From Malacoraja senta (Eukaryota), in contig CM075996.1 in the NCBI GenBank assembly GCA_038087875.1, forward strand, positions 9,612,001-9,676,000: 64,000 nt of DNA, read 5' to 3'. Below the pieces are notes generated by a model that was not told the DNA's origin, made no database searches, and saw only the letters and a list, made by a program, of their open reading frames with translations. This document shows positions 23,758 to 36,603 of this stretch, in pieces (position 1 is the stretch's first letter; each line of letters starts with the position of its first letter). The translations under genes were made by a program, and so were the position numbers.

Positions 23758-25124
23758 AGCTTTAAGGTGAGAGGAGCAAAGTTTAGTAGAGATGTACGGG
23801 ACGAGTTTTCTTTAAACACACAAAGTAGTGGGGCCCTGGTACGTGTTGCCAGGGGTGGTGGTGTGAACACAGATATGGTAGTGGTGTATAAAGAGGCTTT
23901 TAGATAGGCATATGGATATACAGAGACTGGAGGGATGTGAACTACATAGACTTGGGGCATTAGTTTTGTCTTTTTGCACTATTAGGGTTTGTTTTATGTG
24001 TATGTGAGTATGTGTGCGTGTATATTTGTGTGTAGGAAGGAACTGCAGATGCTGGTTTAAACCAAAGATGCTGGAGTAACTCAGCGGGTCAGACGGCATC
24101 TCTGGAGAGAAGGAATGGATGACATTTTGAGATGCTGCCTGACCTGTTGAGTTACTCCAGCATTTTGTGTCTATCTTGTATGTGTGTGTGTCTGTTTGTA
24201 AGCACACTGAACTTTTTCTCTTGTTTATTATATTGTGCACAGTGTACTATGTTTACATACTCTGCTGTGCTGCTGCAAGTAAGAATTTCATTGTTCTATC
24301 TGGGACATATGAGAATAAAACACCGATGATGGACATACAAAGCTGGAGTAACTCAGCGGGACATCTCTGGAGAGAAACAATAGGTGTTGTTTCGGGTTGA
24401 GACCCTTCTTCAGACACTCGTGACCCTCTGAGGGACAGAAAAAATCTGTATGTCCACAAGTCCAGAAATCCCTGAAGGCTTCGGCACAGGTTAAATAAGT
24501 CTGAAGAAGGGTCTCGACCTGAAATGTCACCCATTCATTCCCTCTAGAGATGCTGCCTATCCCCTGCTGAGTTACTCCAGCATTTTGTGTCCATCTTCGG
24601 TTTAAACCAGCGTCTGTAGTTCCTTCCTACAACAGGTTTTGTAGGTTAATTGGCTTGGTAAATGTAAAAATTGTCCCTAGTGGGTGTAGGATACTTCCGG
24701 TATGGTCCCTGGTGGACTCTTCGGGAGTGATGACCACAATACAAGGTCATGGAGTGATACAGTGTGGAAACAGACCCTTCGGCCCAACTTGCCCATACTG
24801 GCTAACATGTCCCAGCTACACTAGTCCCACCCGCCTACGCTCAGTCCATATCCCTCCAAACCTGTCCTATCCATGTACCTGTCTAACTGTTTCGTAAACG
24901 TTGGGATAGTCCCAGCCTCAACTACATCCTCTGGCAGCTTGTTCCATACACCCGCCACCCTCTGTGTGAACATCCAGTAAATAAGTTAGTGAGGGAGTCA
25001 GGAAATTTGAGCAGAACATGAGTTTAGCTGGAGATAGACACAACATGCTGGAGTAACTCAGCGAGACAGGCAGCATCTAGAGAGAAGGAATGGGTGACGT
25101 TTCAGGTCGACACCCTTTTCCGGG

Positions 25125-25380
25125 CAATGGTGTTGAGCACGGGGTTAGTGGGCCGAAGGGCCAAAGGGCCGGTCCTTTTAAGAACGGGCCCGGCCGGGAA
25201 TGAAGCCGCCGCCGCCGCCCAGAGGCCCTCGCAACCCCGCCGCCCAGAGGCCCTCGCAACCCCGCCGCCTCAGGTACCTGATCCCGGTCCGCAGAGAAAC
25301 GCCCGCTGTCCGTCTGTCCGTCTGTCCGACCGTCTCCCGGAGCAACAACTCTGCCCACAGCCTGCTGCTCCCCGCCGTCA
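25125..25380 (-). promoter_or_regulatory. XRCC6: CpG island with putative non-coding exon 1 of XRCC6 (about 25380 to 25278, donor CAG|GTACCT)
   Basis: Sharp rise in GC/CpG about 5 kb upstream of the ATG exon; minus-strand donor GT at 25277-25276. Human XRCC6 has a non-coding first exon. TSS not determinable from sequence. Confidence 0.65.
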
Positions 25381-26188
25381 CAGCGCCCCCTGTGGAGGGG
25401 AGGTCACAACGCCCCCTGTGGAGGGGGAGATCTCAGCGCCCCTTGTGGAGGGGAGGTCACAACGCCCCCCTGTGGAGGGGAGGAGATCATAGCGCTCTCC
25501 TGTGGAGGGGAGGTCACAGCGCCCCCTGTGGAGGGGAGGTCACAGCGCTCCCTGTGGAGGAGGAGATCTCAGCGCCCCTTGTGGAGGGGGAGATCTCAGC
25601 GCCCCTTGTGGAGGGGAGGTCACAACGCCCCCCTGTGGAGGGGAGGAGATCATAGCGCTCTCCTGTGGAGGGGAGGTCACAGCGCCCCCTGTGCAGGGGA
25701 GGTCACAGCGCCCCTGTGCAGGGGAGGTCACAGCGCACCCTGTGGAGGGGAGGTCACAGCGCTCCCTGTGGCGGGGAGGTCACAGCGCTTGCCTGTGGAG
25801 AGGAGGTCACAGCGCTCCCTGTGGTGGGGAGGTCACAGCGCACCCTGTGGAGAGGAGGAGATCACAGCGCCCCCCTGTGGAGGGGAGGAGATCATAGCGC
25901 TCCCTGTGGTGGGGAGGTCACAGCGCACCCTGTGGAGAGGAGGAGATCACAGCGCCCCCCTGTGGAGGGGAGGAGATCATAGCGCTCCCTGTGGAGGGGA
26001 GGTCGCAGCGCCGCCCTGTGGAGAGGAGGAGATCACAGCGCCCCCCTGTGGAGGGGAGGAGATCATAGCGCTCCCTGTGGAGGGGAGGTCGCAGCGCCGC
26101 CCTGTGGAGGGGAGGAGGTCGCAGCGTCCCCTGTAGAAGAGAGGTAACAGCGCCCCCTGTAGAAGTGAGGTCGCAACGCCCCCCCTGG
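25375..26188. repeat. GC-rich minisatellite, ~25-30 bp unit (GAGGTCACAGCGCCCCCTGTGGAGGG and GAGATC variants)
   Basis: About 30 degenerate tandem units read directly; one orphan unit at ~28882-28915. Confidence 0.95.
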
Positions 26189-26217
26189 AAGCACAATCTG
26201 CCACAGGCAATGATGGC

Positions 26218-28339
26218 CAGGGCTGCCAACTCTCACGCTTTGAGCGTGAGAATCACGCATTTGAATAAACTCTCATGCGCTCACGCTGATCAGAAATTTC
26301 TCACGCTCTGTGGTGAGAAATTCTGTGATCAACGAAAATGTCAAAACTCAGATAAACTGCATGGTCCGCGGGTGTTGGAGAGCCGGGGCCGAGGGAGGGA
26401 TGGAAACAGCCGGCGGGGACAGATGCGGGGAGTCGGGGCTGGCGAGTGTTTGCGGGGCTGGCGAGTCGCTCGCTGCAGGTCCGGCATGGAGCAGCCCCAG
26501 TGCGAGAGTCCCGGGCCGTCGGAGGCGTCGGAAGCGTTGCACCGCTGCCACGAGAGTCTTTGTGCCTTCGGCACAGATACCCTCAAAGGGAGGTGGAGAG
26601 AGAGAGGGGAAGGAGACAGGGAGACAGGGGGGAGAGAGAGAGAGAGGGGGTGAGAGGAGAGAGAGTGGAGAGAGAGGGGGAGTGAATGGGAAGAAAGAGG
26701 GAAGAGAGAAAGGGGGTGGAGAGGGAGGAGAGGGTAGGAGAGAATGGGAGAGAGAGGGGGAAGAGAGGGGTGGTAAAAGAGAAGGGGAAGAGGGAGAGAG
26801 GGGAAAGAGAGAAACGGGGGAAAGAGAGAGAGATGGCGGGGCAAAGAGAAAGAGGAGATAGAGACAGAGGAGAAAGAGAGAGGGGAGAGAGAGCATGGGG
26901 GAGAGTGAGGTGGGAGAAATGGGGGAGAGAGAGGACGAGAGAGGACGAGAGAGAGGGGGGGAGAGTGAGGTGGAGAGAGGGGAAGAGAGAGAGAGGGGGA
27001 GAGAGAGGGGGGAGAGAGAGGGGAAAGAGGGGAACAGAGGAGAGAGAGAAAGGGGGGAGAGAGAGAGGGGTGAGAGAAGAGAGAGGGAAGGGGAGAGAGT
27101 TTGAGGGGGAGACATGGGAGATAGGGGGTGAGAGGAGAGACAGAGAGGGAGAGGGAGAGAGAGAGAGGGGGAGATAGAGGGAGGGAGAAAGAGAGAGAGA
27201 GGGGATGCGAGGGGGAGAGAGAGAGAAGAGGGGGAGAGAGAAGAAAGAGAGGGGGAGAGAGAGGGGAGAGAGAGTTAGCGGAAAGAGAGGGGGAGAGAGA
27301 GAGGGGAAAGAGAGGGGGAGAGAGAGAGAGGAGAGAGGGGACGAGAGAGAGAGGGGAAGAGTGAGGTGGGAGGGAGAGAGGGGGAGAGAGAGAGGGGGGA
27401 GAGAGAGGGAGAGAGGGAACAGAGGAGAGAGAGAGGGGGGAGAGAGAAGAGAGAAGAGAGGGAAGGGGAGAGAGTGAGTGAAAAACCAGGAATGAGGTAC
27501 TGATTTTAGACGAATAGCCTGATCATATTGAATGGCAGTGCTGGCTCGAAGGGCCGAATGGCCTATTCCTGCACCTATTTTCTATGTTTCTATGCTTGAG
27601 TATATGGCAATAAAACTTGATCACTTGATTTTGAAGAATTCATGCATAGTGGAGGTATAATGTAGTCATAGAGTGATACAGTATGAAAACAGGCCCTTCT
27701 GCACAACTTGCCCACACCCGCCAACATGTCCCAGCTACACTACCTGCTTTTTGTCCATATCCCTCCAAACCTGTCCTATCCAAGTATAAGTCTAACTTTT
27801 TCTTAAATATTGGGATAGTCCCTGCCTCAACTGCCTCCTCTGGCAGCTTGTTCCATACACCCATCACCCTTTGTGTGGATAAAGTTACCCCTTAAAAAGT
27901 TACCTCTTAAATATACTTCATACAAAAAAACATTGAAATCTACAATGCCACTAAAACATGATTTTAGTACATCAAATTTCAGAAGTTCCTACCCTGGGAG
28001 GGGGAACACCCTTCTTCCACACCCTCTCCCCACTCGGTTGCTCCATTCCCTCACTGGGTACCCCCAAGGCCAGTGATCAGTGATCGCTCAGCCTCCCCCT
28101 TTCAAAAACGCTCCAATCCAATTTAAAGCATATATATTGCATTCAAGTGTAAGTTAAAAGGCTCGCTACAGTATGCACCATATTGCACAATTTCAAGCTG
28201 AAAAATGCAAAAGTTCCGTACCAATGGGAGGGAGGGACACCCTTCTCCCAAACCCCCCCCCCCCCGGTCGCTATGCTCTATCAGGCTTGGTCTCTCGCAA
28301 TTTCTCACTCCCAACTCTCACCCAATGTTGGCAGCCCTG
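26218..28339. mobile_element. Non-autonomous hAT-like DNA transposon
   Basis: 13-bp TIRs CAGGGCTGCCAAC (26218) / GTTGGCAGCCCTG (ends 28339); 8-bp TSD ATGATGGC / ATGATGGT; CTCACGC subterminal repeats; no transposase ORF. Confidence 0.85.
26590..27480 (+). repeat. ~900-bp polypurine (GA-rich) low-complexity tract
   Basis: Almost exclusively G/A on the + strand. Confidence 0.95.
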
Positions 28340-30435
28340 ATGATGGTCCAATTCTACACAGCCATCGTAGAGTCTGTTCTCACCTTCTCCATCATGGTCT
28401 GGTTTGGCTCAGCCACCAAGCACGGCACCTGGAGGCTGCAGCGAATCGTCCGATCAGCAGAGAAGGTTATTGGCTGCAACTTTCCCTCCATTGATGAACT
28501 GTACACTGCAAGGGCCAGGAAGCGAGCGGGCAAGATCATCTCTGACCCCTCTCACCCTGGCAACAAACTCTTTGAATCACTTCCCTCTGGAAGGCGACTC
28601 CGGACTGTCAAAGCCGCCACAGCCAGACATAAAAACAGTTTTTATCCACGAGTAGTTGCTCTACTCAAGTCAAAAATCTGTAGCCTCCCATTGATCTGGT
28701 ATTTTGTTGGTTCACATGCTTGATCAATGGTGTTTTATCATTAATGTTTTATTATTATTAATGTTTAGTGTTTTCTGAGTCATTCATAACTGTCGCTGTA
28801 TGTCATGTTGTTACTTGTGGGCGGAGCACCAAGGCAAATTCCTTGTATGTGAATACTTGGCCAATAAACTTACTTACTTACTGTGGAGGGGAGGAGATCA
28901 CATGCCCCCCTGTGGCATAACAGCGTGGGAACAGTCCCTTTGACCCAACTTGCCCACAGGGGTGTCAGGGGTTATGGGGAGAAGGCAGGAGAATGGGGTT
29001 AGGAGGGAAAGATAGATCAGCCTTGATTGAATGGTGGAGTAGACGATGGGCTGAATGGCCTAATTCTGCTCCTAACACTTATGATCTTATGACACCGGCC
29101 AGCATGTCCCAGCTACACTAGTCCCAGCTGCCTGCGTTTGGTCCACATCCCTCCAAACCTGTCCTATCCATGTACCTGTCCAAATGTTTCTTAAGTTGCA
29201 ATAATCCCTGCCTCAACTACCTCCTCCAGCAGGTTGTTCCATACACCCACCACCGTTTGTGTGAAGATGTTACCCCTCAGATTCCAATTAAATCTTTCTC
29301 CCCTTCTCCTTAAACCGATGTCCTCTGGTCCTCGATTCACTTACTCTGGGCAAGAGAGTCTGTGCATCTACCCGATCTATTCCTCTCATGATTTTATACA
29401 CCTCTATTAGATCACCCCTCTACAAGAGCCCCAGACTGCTCCACCTCTCCCTATAGCTCAGGCCCTCGGGTCCTGGCACCATTCTCGTAAACCTTCTCTG
29501 TACCCTCTCCAGCTTGAGGGAGGTTGAAGCCAGGGAGGGGTTGTGGGTGAGGGGAGGAATGATGCCCTCCACCCCACCCCTCTGCAAGGGCACAGATGGT
29601 CTGAAGACAAGAGAGCAGCACAGCGACGCAGCTGGTAATGCCGCTGCCTCACAGTGCCAGAGACCCAGGTTTGATCCTGACCACGGGTGCTGTCCGTGAG
29701 GAGTTTGCACATTCTCCTTGTGACTGCGTGGGTTTTCACCGGGTGCTCCGGTTCCTCCTACATCCCAAACACGTGTGGGCTTGTAGGTTAATTGGCCCTC
29801 TGTAAATGGCCCCTAGTGTGTAGGGTGGATGAGTAAACGTCATTACATAGAACTAGTGTGAAGGGGTGATCGATGGTCAGCGTGGACCTCTGTGCGCGAC
29901 AGGACTTTTTTCCATTCTGTATCTCCAAACCAAAGTAAAGAAGAGGGACTGCAGGTGCTGGGATCCGGAATAAAACCCCTCAACAATACAGGAAATACTC
30001 AACGAGTCGGGCAGCGTCTTTGGAGATGGCATAGAAACAAAACAATGGTTTTAAATGCCCACCCCCTGTGGCCGGGTAAGGTATGGCAGGGAAGCAGCGC
30101 CCCCTCTGGTATTGTGAGGGATGGCAGAGCAGCAGCCCCCTTTGAGAACATTGGATAGGATGAAGATTGCATCATCAGTAGCCTCCACACTCCCAGTTCT
30201 CTTCACCTCCTCCAAACGTTCATCTCCCAACCCTCCCAACTTGAGTTCTCCTATTTTCCATCCCTCTCCATTCCCTTCCCCTCCCACCATCGTTCCCTCT
30301 GGTTCCACATTTCCCTCCCCGCCTTCCTTTCTGCTCAGATAGCGTCTTTTGCCTTCTCCGTTTAACACCTCCAGCCTTGGTCACAATCTCCAACACTTTC
30401 CCATCTGCCAATTAGTTTAGTTTAGTTTATTGTCG

Positions 30436-33400
30436 CAATACGATACGATACGATAGAACTTTATTTATCCCAGGAGGGAAATTGATCTGCCAACAGTTAT
30501 AAAAACACAAAATACATGAAAGATGAAATTAAAGTGACGAGTGGAAAGGATTGGGGATGTGCAAAGATTGGGGAGGGGAGAGAGTCAGTCTCAGTCTACC
30601 CCACGACAGAAGGGGGAGGAGTTGTACAGTTTGATAGCCACAGGGAAGAAGGATCTCCTGTGGCGTTCTGTGCTGCATCTTGGTGGAACCAGTCTGTTGC
30701 TGAAGGTGCTCCTCAGGTTGACCAGTGTGTCATGGAGGGGGTGAGCTGTATTGTCCAGGATGCTCCGCAGTTTGAGGAGCATCCTCTCTTCCAAGACCAC
30801 CTCCAGTGAATCCAACTCTGCCCCCAGGACGGAGCCGGCTTTCCTGATGAGCTTGTTGATCCTGTTGGCGTCCACGGCCTTCACCCTGCTGCCCCGGCAC
30901 ACGGCAGTGAAGAAGATGGCACTGGCTACCACCGATTGGTAGAACATCTGCAGCATCTTACTGCAGATGTTGAAGGAGCGGAGCCTTCTCAAAAAGTACA
31001 GCCGGCTCTGTCCCTTCTTGTACAGGGCCTCAGCGTTCCTGGACCAGTCCAGTTTACTGTCCAGGTACACTCCAAGGTACTTGTAAAACTGCACATCCAC
31101 ACCATTGATGGAGACGAGACAGGGGTGTTCCTCTCCTCCTAAAGTCCACCATTAACTCCTTAGTCTTGTTGGTGTTGAGCTGCAGGTGATTCAGCCCACA
31201 CCACTCAACAAAGTCGTTGACCACACCTCTGTATTCAGCTTCCCTCCCCTCACTGATGTAGCCCACAATTGCAAAGTCATCTGAAAACTTCTGTAGGTGA
31301 CAGGAGTCCGAGTTGTATCTGAAGTCCGAGGTGTAGATGGTGAACAGGAACAGCTGTTCAGGAATAGCTACTTCCCCACAGCCATCAGGCTATTAAACCT
31401 GGCTCGGACATAACACTGAACTTTATTAGCCAATACTGTTATTTGCACTTTATCAGTATATTGACCATTGTGTATATATTTATAGAATGCCTTGTAGTAA
31501 ATGCCTACTATGTTCTGTTGTGCTGAAGCAAAGCAAGAATTTCATTGTCCTACCAGGGACACATGACAATAAACTCACTTGACTTGACTTGACTTGAACA
31601 GGAAGGGAGAGAGGACCGTCCCCTGTGGGGCCCCTGTGTTGCTCACCACCATGTCCAACACACAGTTCTGTAGCCTGACATATTGTGGTTGTCCAGTCAG
31701 GTAGTTGGTGATCCAGGACACCAATGGAGCATCCACCCGCATCTTCGTCAGTTTGCTCCCTAGCAGTGCTAGGGATGGTGTCAAAACACTGGAGAAGTCA
31801 AAGAACATGACTCTCCCAATGCTTCCCGGCTTATCCAGGTGAGCATAGGAGCGATGGAGCAGGTGGATGATGGCGTCCTCAACCCCCATCTTTGTTTGGT
31901 AAGCGAACTGCAGGGGGTCCAGGTAGAGGTTAACCAGGGGTCACAGGTGAGTGAGCACCAGCCTCTCCAGGGACTTAGAAACATAGAAACATAGAAAATA
32001 GGTGCAGGAGTAGGCCATTCGGCCCTTCAAGCCTGCAGCGCCATTCAATATGATCATGGCTGATCATCCAACTCAGTATCCTGTACCTGCCTTCTCTCCA
32101 TACCCCCTGATCCCTTTAGCCACAAGGGCCACATCTAACTCCATCTTAAATATAGCCAATGAACTGGCCTCAACTACCTTCTGTGGCAGAGAGTTCCACA
32201 GATTCACCACTCTCTGTGTGAAAAATGTTTTTCTCATCTCGGTCCTAAAAGACTTCCCCCTTATCCTCAAGCTGTGACCCCGTGTTCTGGACTTCCCCAA
32301 CATCGGGAACAATCTTCCTGCATCTAGCCTGTCCAACCCCTTAAGAATTTTGTGAGTTTCTATAAGATCCCCCCTCAATCTTCTAAATTCTAGCGAGTAC
32401 AAGCCGAGTCTAACCAGTCTTTCTTCATATGAAAGTCCTGCCATCCCAGGAATCAGTCTGGTGAACCTTTGTACTCACTCTATGGCAAGAATGTCTTTCC
32501 TCAGATTTGGAGACCAAAACTATACACAATACTCCAGGTGTGGTCTCACCAAGGCTCTGTACAACTGTAGTAGAACCTCCCTGCTGTTATACTCAAATCC
32601 TTTTGCTATGAATGCTAACATACCATTCGCTTTCTTCACTGCCTGCTGCACCTGCATGCCTACTTTCAATGACCGGTGTACCATGATACCCAGGTCTCGT
32701 TGCATCTCCCCTTTTCCTAATCGGCCACTATTCAGATAGTAGTCTACTTTCCTGTTTTTGCCACCAAAGTGGATAACCGCACATGTATCCACATTATACT
32801 GCATCTGCCATGCATTTGCCCACTCACCCAGCCTATCCAAGTCACCTTGCAGCCTCCTAGCATCCTCCTCACAGCTAACACTGCCCCCCAGCTTCGTGTC
32901 ATCCGCAAACTTGGAGATGTTGCATTCAATTCCCTCGTCCAAATCATTAATATATATTGTAAATAGCTGGGGTGACAGCACTGAGCCTTGCGGTACCCCA
33001 CTAGTCACTGCCTGTCATTCTGAAAAGGACCCGTTTATTCCTACTCTTTGCTTCCTGCCTGCCAGCCAGTTCTCTATCCACATCAATACTGAACCCCCAA
33101 TACCATGTGCTTTAAGTTTGTATACTAATCTCTTATGTGGGACCTTGTCAAAAGCCTTCTGAAAGTCCAGATACAACACATCCACTGGTTCTCCCCTATC
33201 CACTCTGCTAGTTACATCCTCGAAAAATTCTATAAGATTCGTCAGACATGATTTACCTTTCGTAAATCCATGCTGATTTTGTCCAATGATTTCACCACTT
33301 TCCAAATGTGCTGCTATCCCATCTTTAATAACTGACTCTAGCAGTTTCCCCACTACCGATGTTAGACTAACTGGTCTGTAATTCCCCGTTTTCTCTCTCC

Positions 33401-34330
33401 CTCCCTTTTCATGATGTGTGAAGTCAGTGCCACCATTCTGTAGTCATTGGAGGAGCTGGGGCACGTCCTCTTTGGTACAGGAACCAGGCAGGATGTCTTC
33501 CACATCACAGGAACCCTCTCCAGGCTCAGGTTGAAGATATGCTGGAGTACTCCACACAACCGGCTGCCACATGCCTTGAGTACCCTAGGGCTGACACCAT
33601 CAGGACCCGTGGCTTTGTCTGGGCAGAGTCTGCTCAGCTCCTTCCTCACCCGCTCAGCCTTGATGGTCGGGCACGACAATGAAAGGGCAGAGGAAGTGGA
33701 GCCGGGGGATTGAGGGGGAGAGTCTGTCGGGGAGCAGGGGGGAGGGGGGAGGGTGGGCAGAGGCCCCACCATCAGATCTATTAATAAACAGGTTGGCCCA
33801 TTCCCTCCCCAGGCCACTGGTCTTCTTGTAGCCTGTAATGCTCTTTATCCCGCTCCACACATCCCTCATGTTGTTCAGCTGACGTTTCAGCTCCAGCTTC
33901 CCCCTGTAGTCATCCTTGCCCTGTCTCAGTCTTTCTGCACCTGATTCATCTCCTCCCCGTCACCGTTCCTGACGGCCTGCTTGAGAAGGGCCTTTATGTC
34001 ACTGGTCACCCAGGGCTCGTTGTTGGGGGAACAGGGTACAGTCCCCTCAGGGACAGCGTTATCCACACAGAACTTCATGTAGCTGGTAACATAGTCCGTG
34101 AGTCCATCGATGTCCTCTCCATGGAGACTACAGAGTCTGTGACCTCTAAACAGCCCTGTAGAGCATCACAGATCTCCCGTGACCATCTCCTCATTGACCC
34201 TGTGGTCACAGACAGCATCTGGATTAAAGGCTTCTACCTGGGTAGGTGGTGAACCAGGTTGTGGTCAGATCTACCCAGTGGCAGAAGGGCTATGGAGATG
34301 TAAACCTCTTTAACATCGGCATACAGCAGG
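30436..34330 (-). mobile_element. Rex/Babar-like LINE, fragmented, with nested CR1 and other tails
   Basis: NDYRMVALTSHIMK, VMFFDFSS, GAPQGTVLSP, YKYLGVYLDSKLDWS, KGQSRLYFLRRL in minus-strand ORFs. Confidence 0.88.
31975..33400 (-). mobile_element. CR1 LINE 3' portion nested in the Rex/Babar-like LINE
   Basis: YLDFQKAFDKVPH, SGVPQGSVL, KFADDTKLGG, RPHLEYCV; (CTATGTTT)n tail. Confidence 0.92.
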
Positions 34331-34595
34331 TCCAATGTATTCATATCCCTGGTCTCTCAGGCCCCACAACTTTTCTCCTGGCCTCAGTTAACGGTGACGC
34401 AGCGGTAGAGTTGCTGCCTCACAGCACCAGAGAAACAAGTGAACCCTTCCCCTCCTCTCCCCCCCCCCCATCCCCCACTACAATGTCTGAAGAAGGGACC
34501 CGACCCAAAACATAACCTGCTGCCCTTCACCCCTCCACCCTGGCTCCACCGTCCAATAAAATCAGGGTGTTGGGCCAACCCATTTTCCAATCAAT

Positions 34596-34900
34596 GGGTG
34601 GCGCAGCGGTAGAGTTGCTGCCTCACAGCGCCAGTGACCCGCTTCCATCCTGACTACAGGTGCTGCCTGTACGGAGTTTGTACCTTCTCCCCGTGACCTG
34701 TGTGGGTTTACTCCAGGTGCTCCGGTTTCCGCCCACACTCCGAAGACATGCAGGTTTGCAGGTTAATTGGCTTTAGTAAAGATTGTAAATTGTCCGTAGT
34801 GTGTGTAGGTTAGTGTTAGTGTGCGGGGATCGCTGGTTGGCGTGGACTCGGTGGGCCGAAGGGCCTGTTTCCACCCAATATCTCTAAATTAAACTAAAGT
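34596..34900 (+). mobile_element. HE1/V-SINE-like SINE
   Basis: Family consensus. Further copies at about 5110-5465(-), 29620-29930(+), 35200-35330(-), 35760-36045(-), 38455-38752(-), 40850-41070(+), 42340-42695 (both strands), 46205-46470(+), 52455-52750(-), 53835-54135(-), 54575-54875(+), 55120-55580(-), 60125-60390(-). Confidence 0.85.
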
Positions 34901-35024
34901 AAACTCCGTTTTTAATGTCCTACCCCATAAACCATAACCCCATGCTCTGGACACTGGTAAACATACATCCACCCTGTCAAACCCAGTGACCAATTTGTAA
35001 ATCTATCTATCTATCTTTTATCTT

Positions 35025-35185
35025 CTATCTATCTAAACATCTATACATAACTAAAGCTCTGATCTTATGGCTCTTCCAGTTTGCGCATTTTTTTCTATTT
35101 GCGCAAAAACGGTACGCGATAGCGCCACAATTTTTTGTCAGCTCACTCACCGTTCTCCTGTGCTGCGAGTGCAATAAGCTTCGTT
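35025..35185 (+). mobile_element. Possible Helitron-like 5' fragment
   Basis: TCTAT..TAACTAAA start and CpG-rich subterminal block resemble non-autonomous Helitron 5' ends; no 3' hairpin/CTRR seen. Confidence 0.3.
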
Positions 35186-35694
35186 CTGAAACCAGAGATC
35201 CAGGAGAAAACCCACGCAGGTCACGGGGAGAACGTACAAACTCCGTACAGACAGCGCCCGTGGTCGGGATCGAACCCGGGTGTCTGGCGCCGTGAGGCAG
35301 CAACTTTACCGCTGCGCCATCGTGCCGCACTAATTTCTCTGAGTTAATTCTTCTAATTGACCCAAACCCTCCTCACAGGTCAGACTCACTGCCTGAGTTA
35401 CTCTGTGTCGGGCTCCTGTACTGACCAGGCTACAAACAAATCCTGCGGTCTCCCGCTGCCATCTCTCCCTGTTGCAGTTGTATAAGACGTTGGTGAGGCC
35501 ACATTCAGAGTATTATGTTCAGTTCGACAGTCTTTGCCAGCTGTGCCCCTGTGTGTACTTAGTGAGGAACCGAGATAGTTTTGCCTTCCCGTGACTGGCG
35601 AATGTTGGCACTACCCAGTGTGTGTGTGCCAGTGTCCCCACTGGGAATGGTCTCCCCTCCTTGTCTGCCCGTCTGCACTGGCGAGGGTGTGCTG

Positions 35695-35708
35695 CCAGCA
35701 GATGGCAG
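35695..35708 (+). promoter_or_regulatory. Candidate CTCF site
   Basis: CCAGCAGATGGCAG matches CCASYAGRKGGCRS at all 14 positions, in non-repeat sequence. Confidence 0.4.
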
Positions 35709-36603
35709 ACTTCACCCACCTATAGGAACCACTCCACTCACTTAGATTTGATTTAATAGTTTATTTAAGAGATACAGTGCACAAACAGGCCCTTCGGCCC
35801 ATCTAGTTCGCTCTGACCAGCGATCCCCGCACATGAACACTGTCTTACACGCACCAGGGACAATTTAACGTTTATACCAAGCCAATTAACCTACAAACCT
35901 GTACGTCTTTGGAGTGTGTGAGGAAACCCACGCAGGTCACGGGGAGAACGTACAAACTCCGTACAGACAGCACCCGTAGTCGGGATCGAACCCGGGTCTC
36001 TGGCGCTGTGAGGCAGCAACTCTACTACTGTGTCACCGTGCCACCCGTTGAATTGCGAAGTGTCAGGAAGTTCCCCCTCAACCTGCTCGCCATGCATGCC
36101 CCTGCCAGGTAGGGTTGCCAACTTCCTCACTCCCAAATAAGGGACCAAATATCAAAATTAGGGACAAATTCCCGACGGCGATTCGTTGACTGACTTGGCC
36201 GTGGCTGGGTGCTGGAGGATGAGGGGTGATCTTATAGAGGTGTATAAAATCATGAGAGGAATAGATCAGGTAGACGCACAGAGTCTCTTGCCCAGAGTAG
36301 GTGAATCGAGGACCAGAGTACATAGGTTTAAGATGAAGAGGAAAAGATTTAATAGGAACCTGAGGAGTAACTTTTTCACACAAAGGGTGGTGGGTGAATG
36401 GAACAAGCTGCCAGACGAGGTAGTTGTGGCTGGGACTATCCCAATGTTTCAAGAAACAGTTAGACAGGTACATGGATAGGACAGGTTTGGAGGGATATGG
36501 ACCAAGCGCAGGCAGATGGGACTAGCGTAAGTGGGACATGTTGGCGGGTGTGGGCGAGTTGGGCCGAAGGCCCTGTTTCCACTCTGTATCACTATGACTC
36601 TAT

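Larger units (their letters stand above)
26189..28881 (+). mobile_element. Rex/Babar-like LINE 3' fragment interrupted by the hAT-like element
   Basis: KHNLPQAMM (26189-26216) continues as VQFYTAIVESVLTFSIMVWFG...SDPSHPG...LPSGRR after 28340; AATAAA plus (TTAC)n tail. Confidence 0.8.

Noticed and set aside
25094..26260. Several 100-200 aa overlapping ORFs
   Set aside because: Translations of the GC-rich minisatellite, open in multiple frames, with no protein signature
26310..27477. Long E/R/G- or S/P/L-rich ORFs
   Set aside because: Artefacts of the stop-poor GA tract
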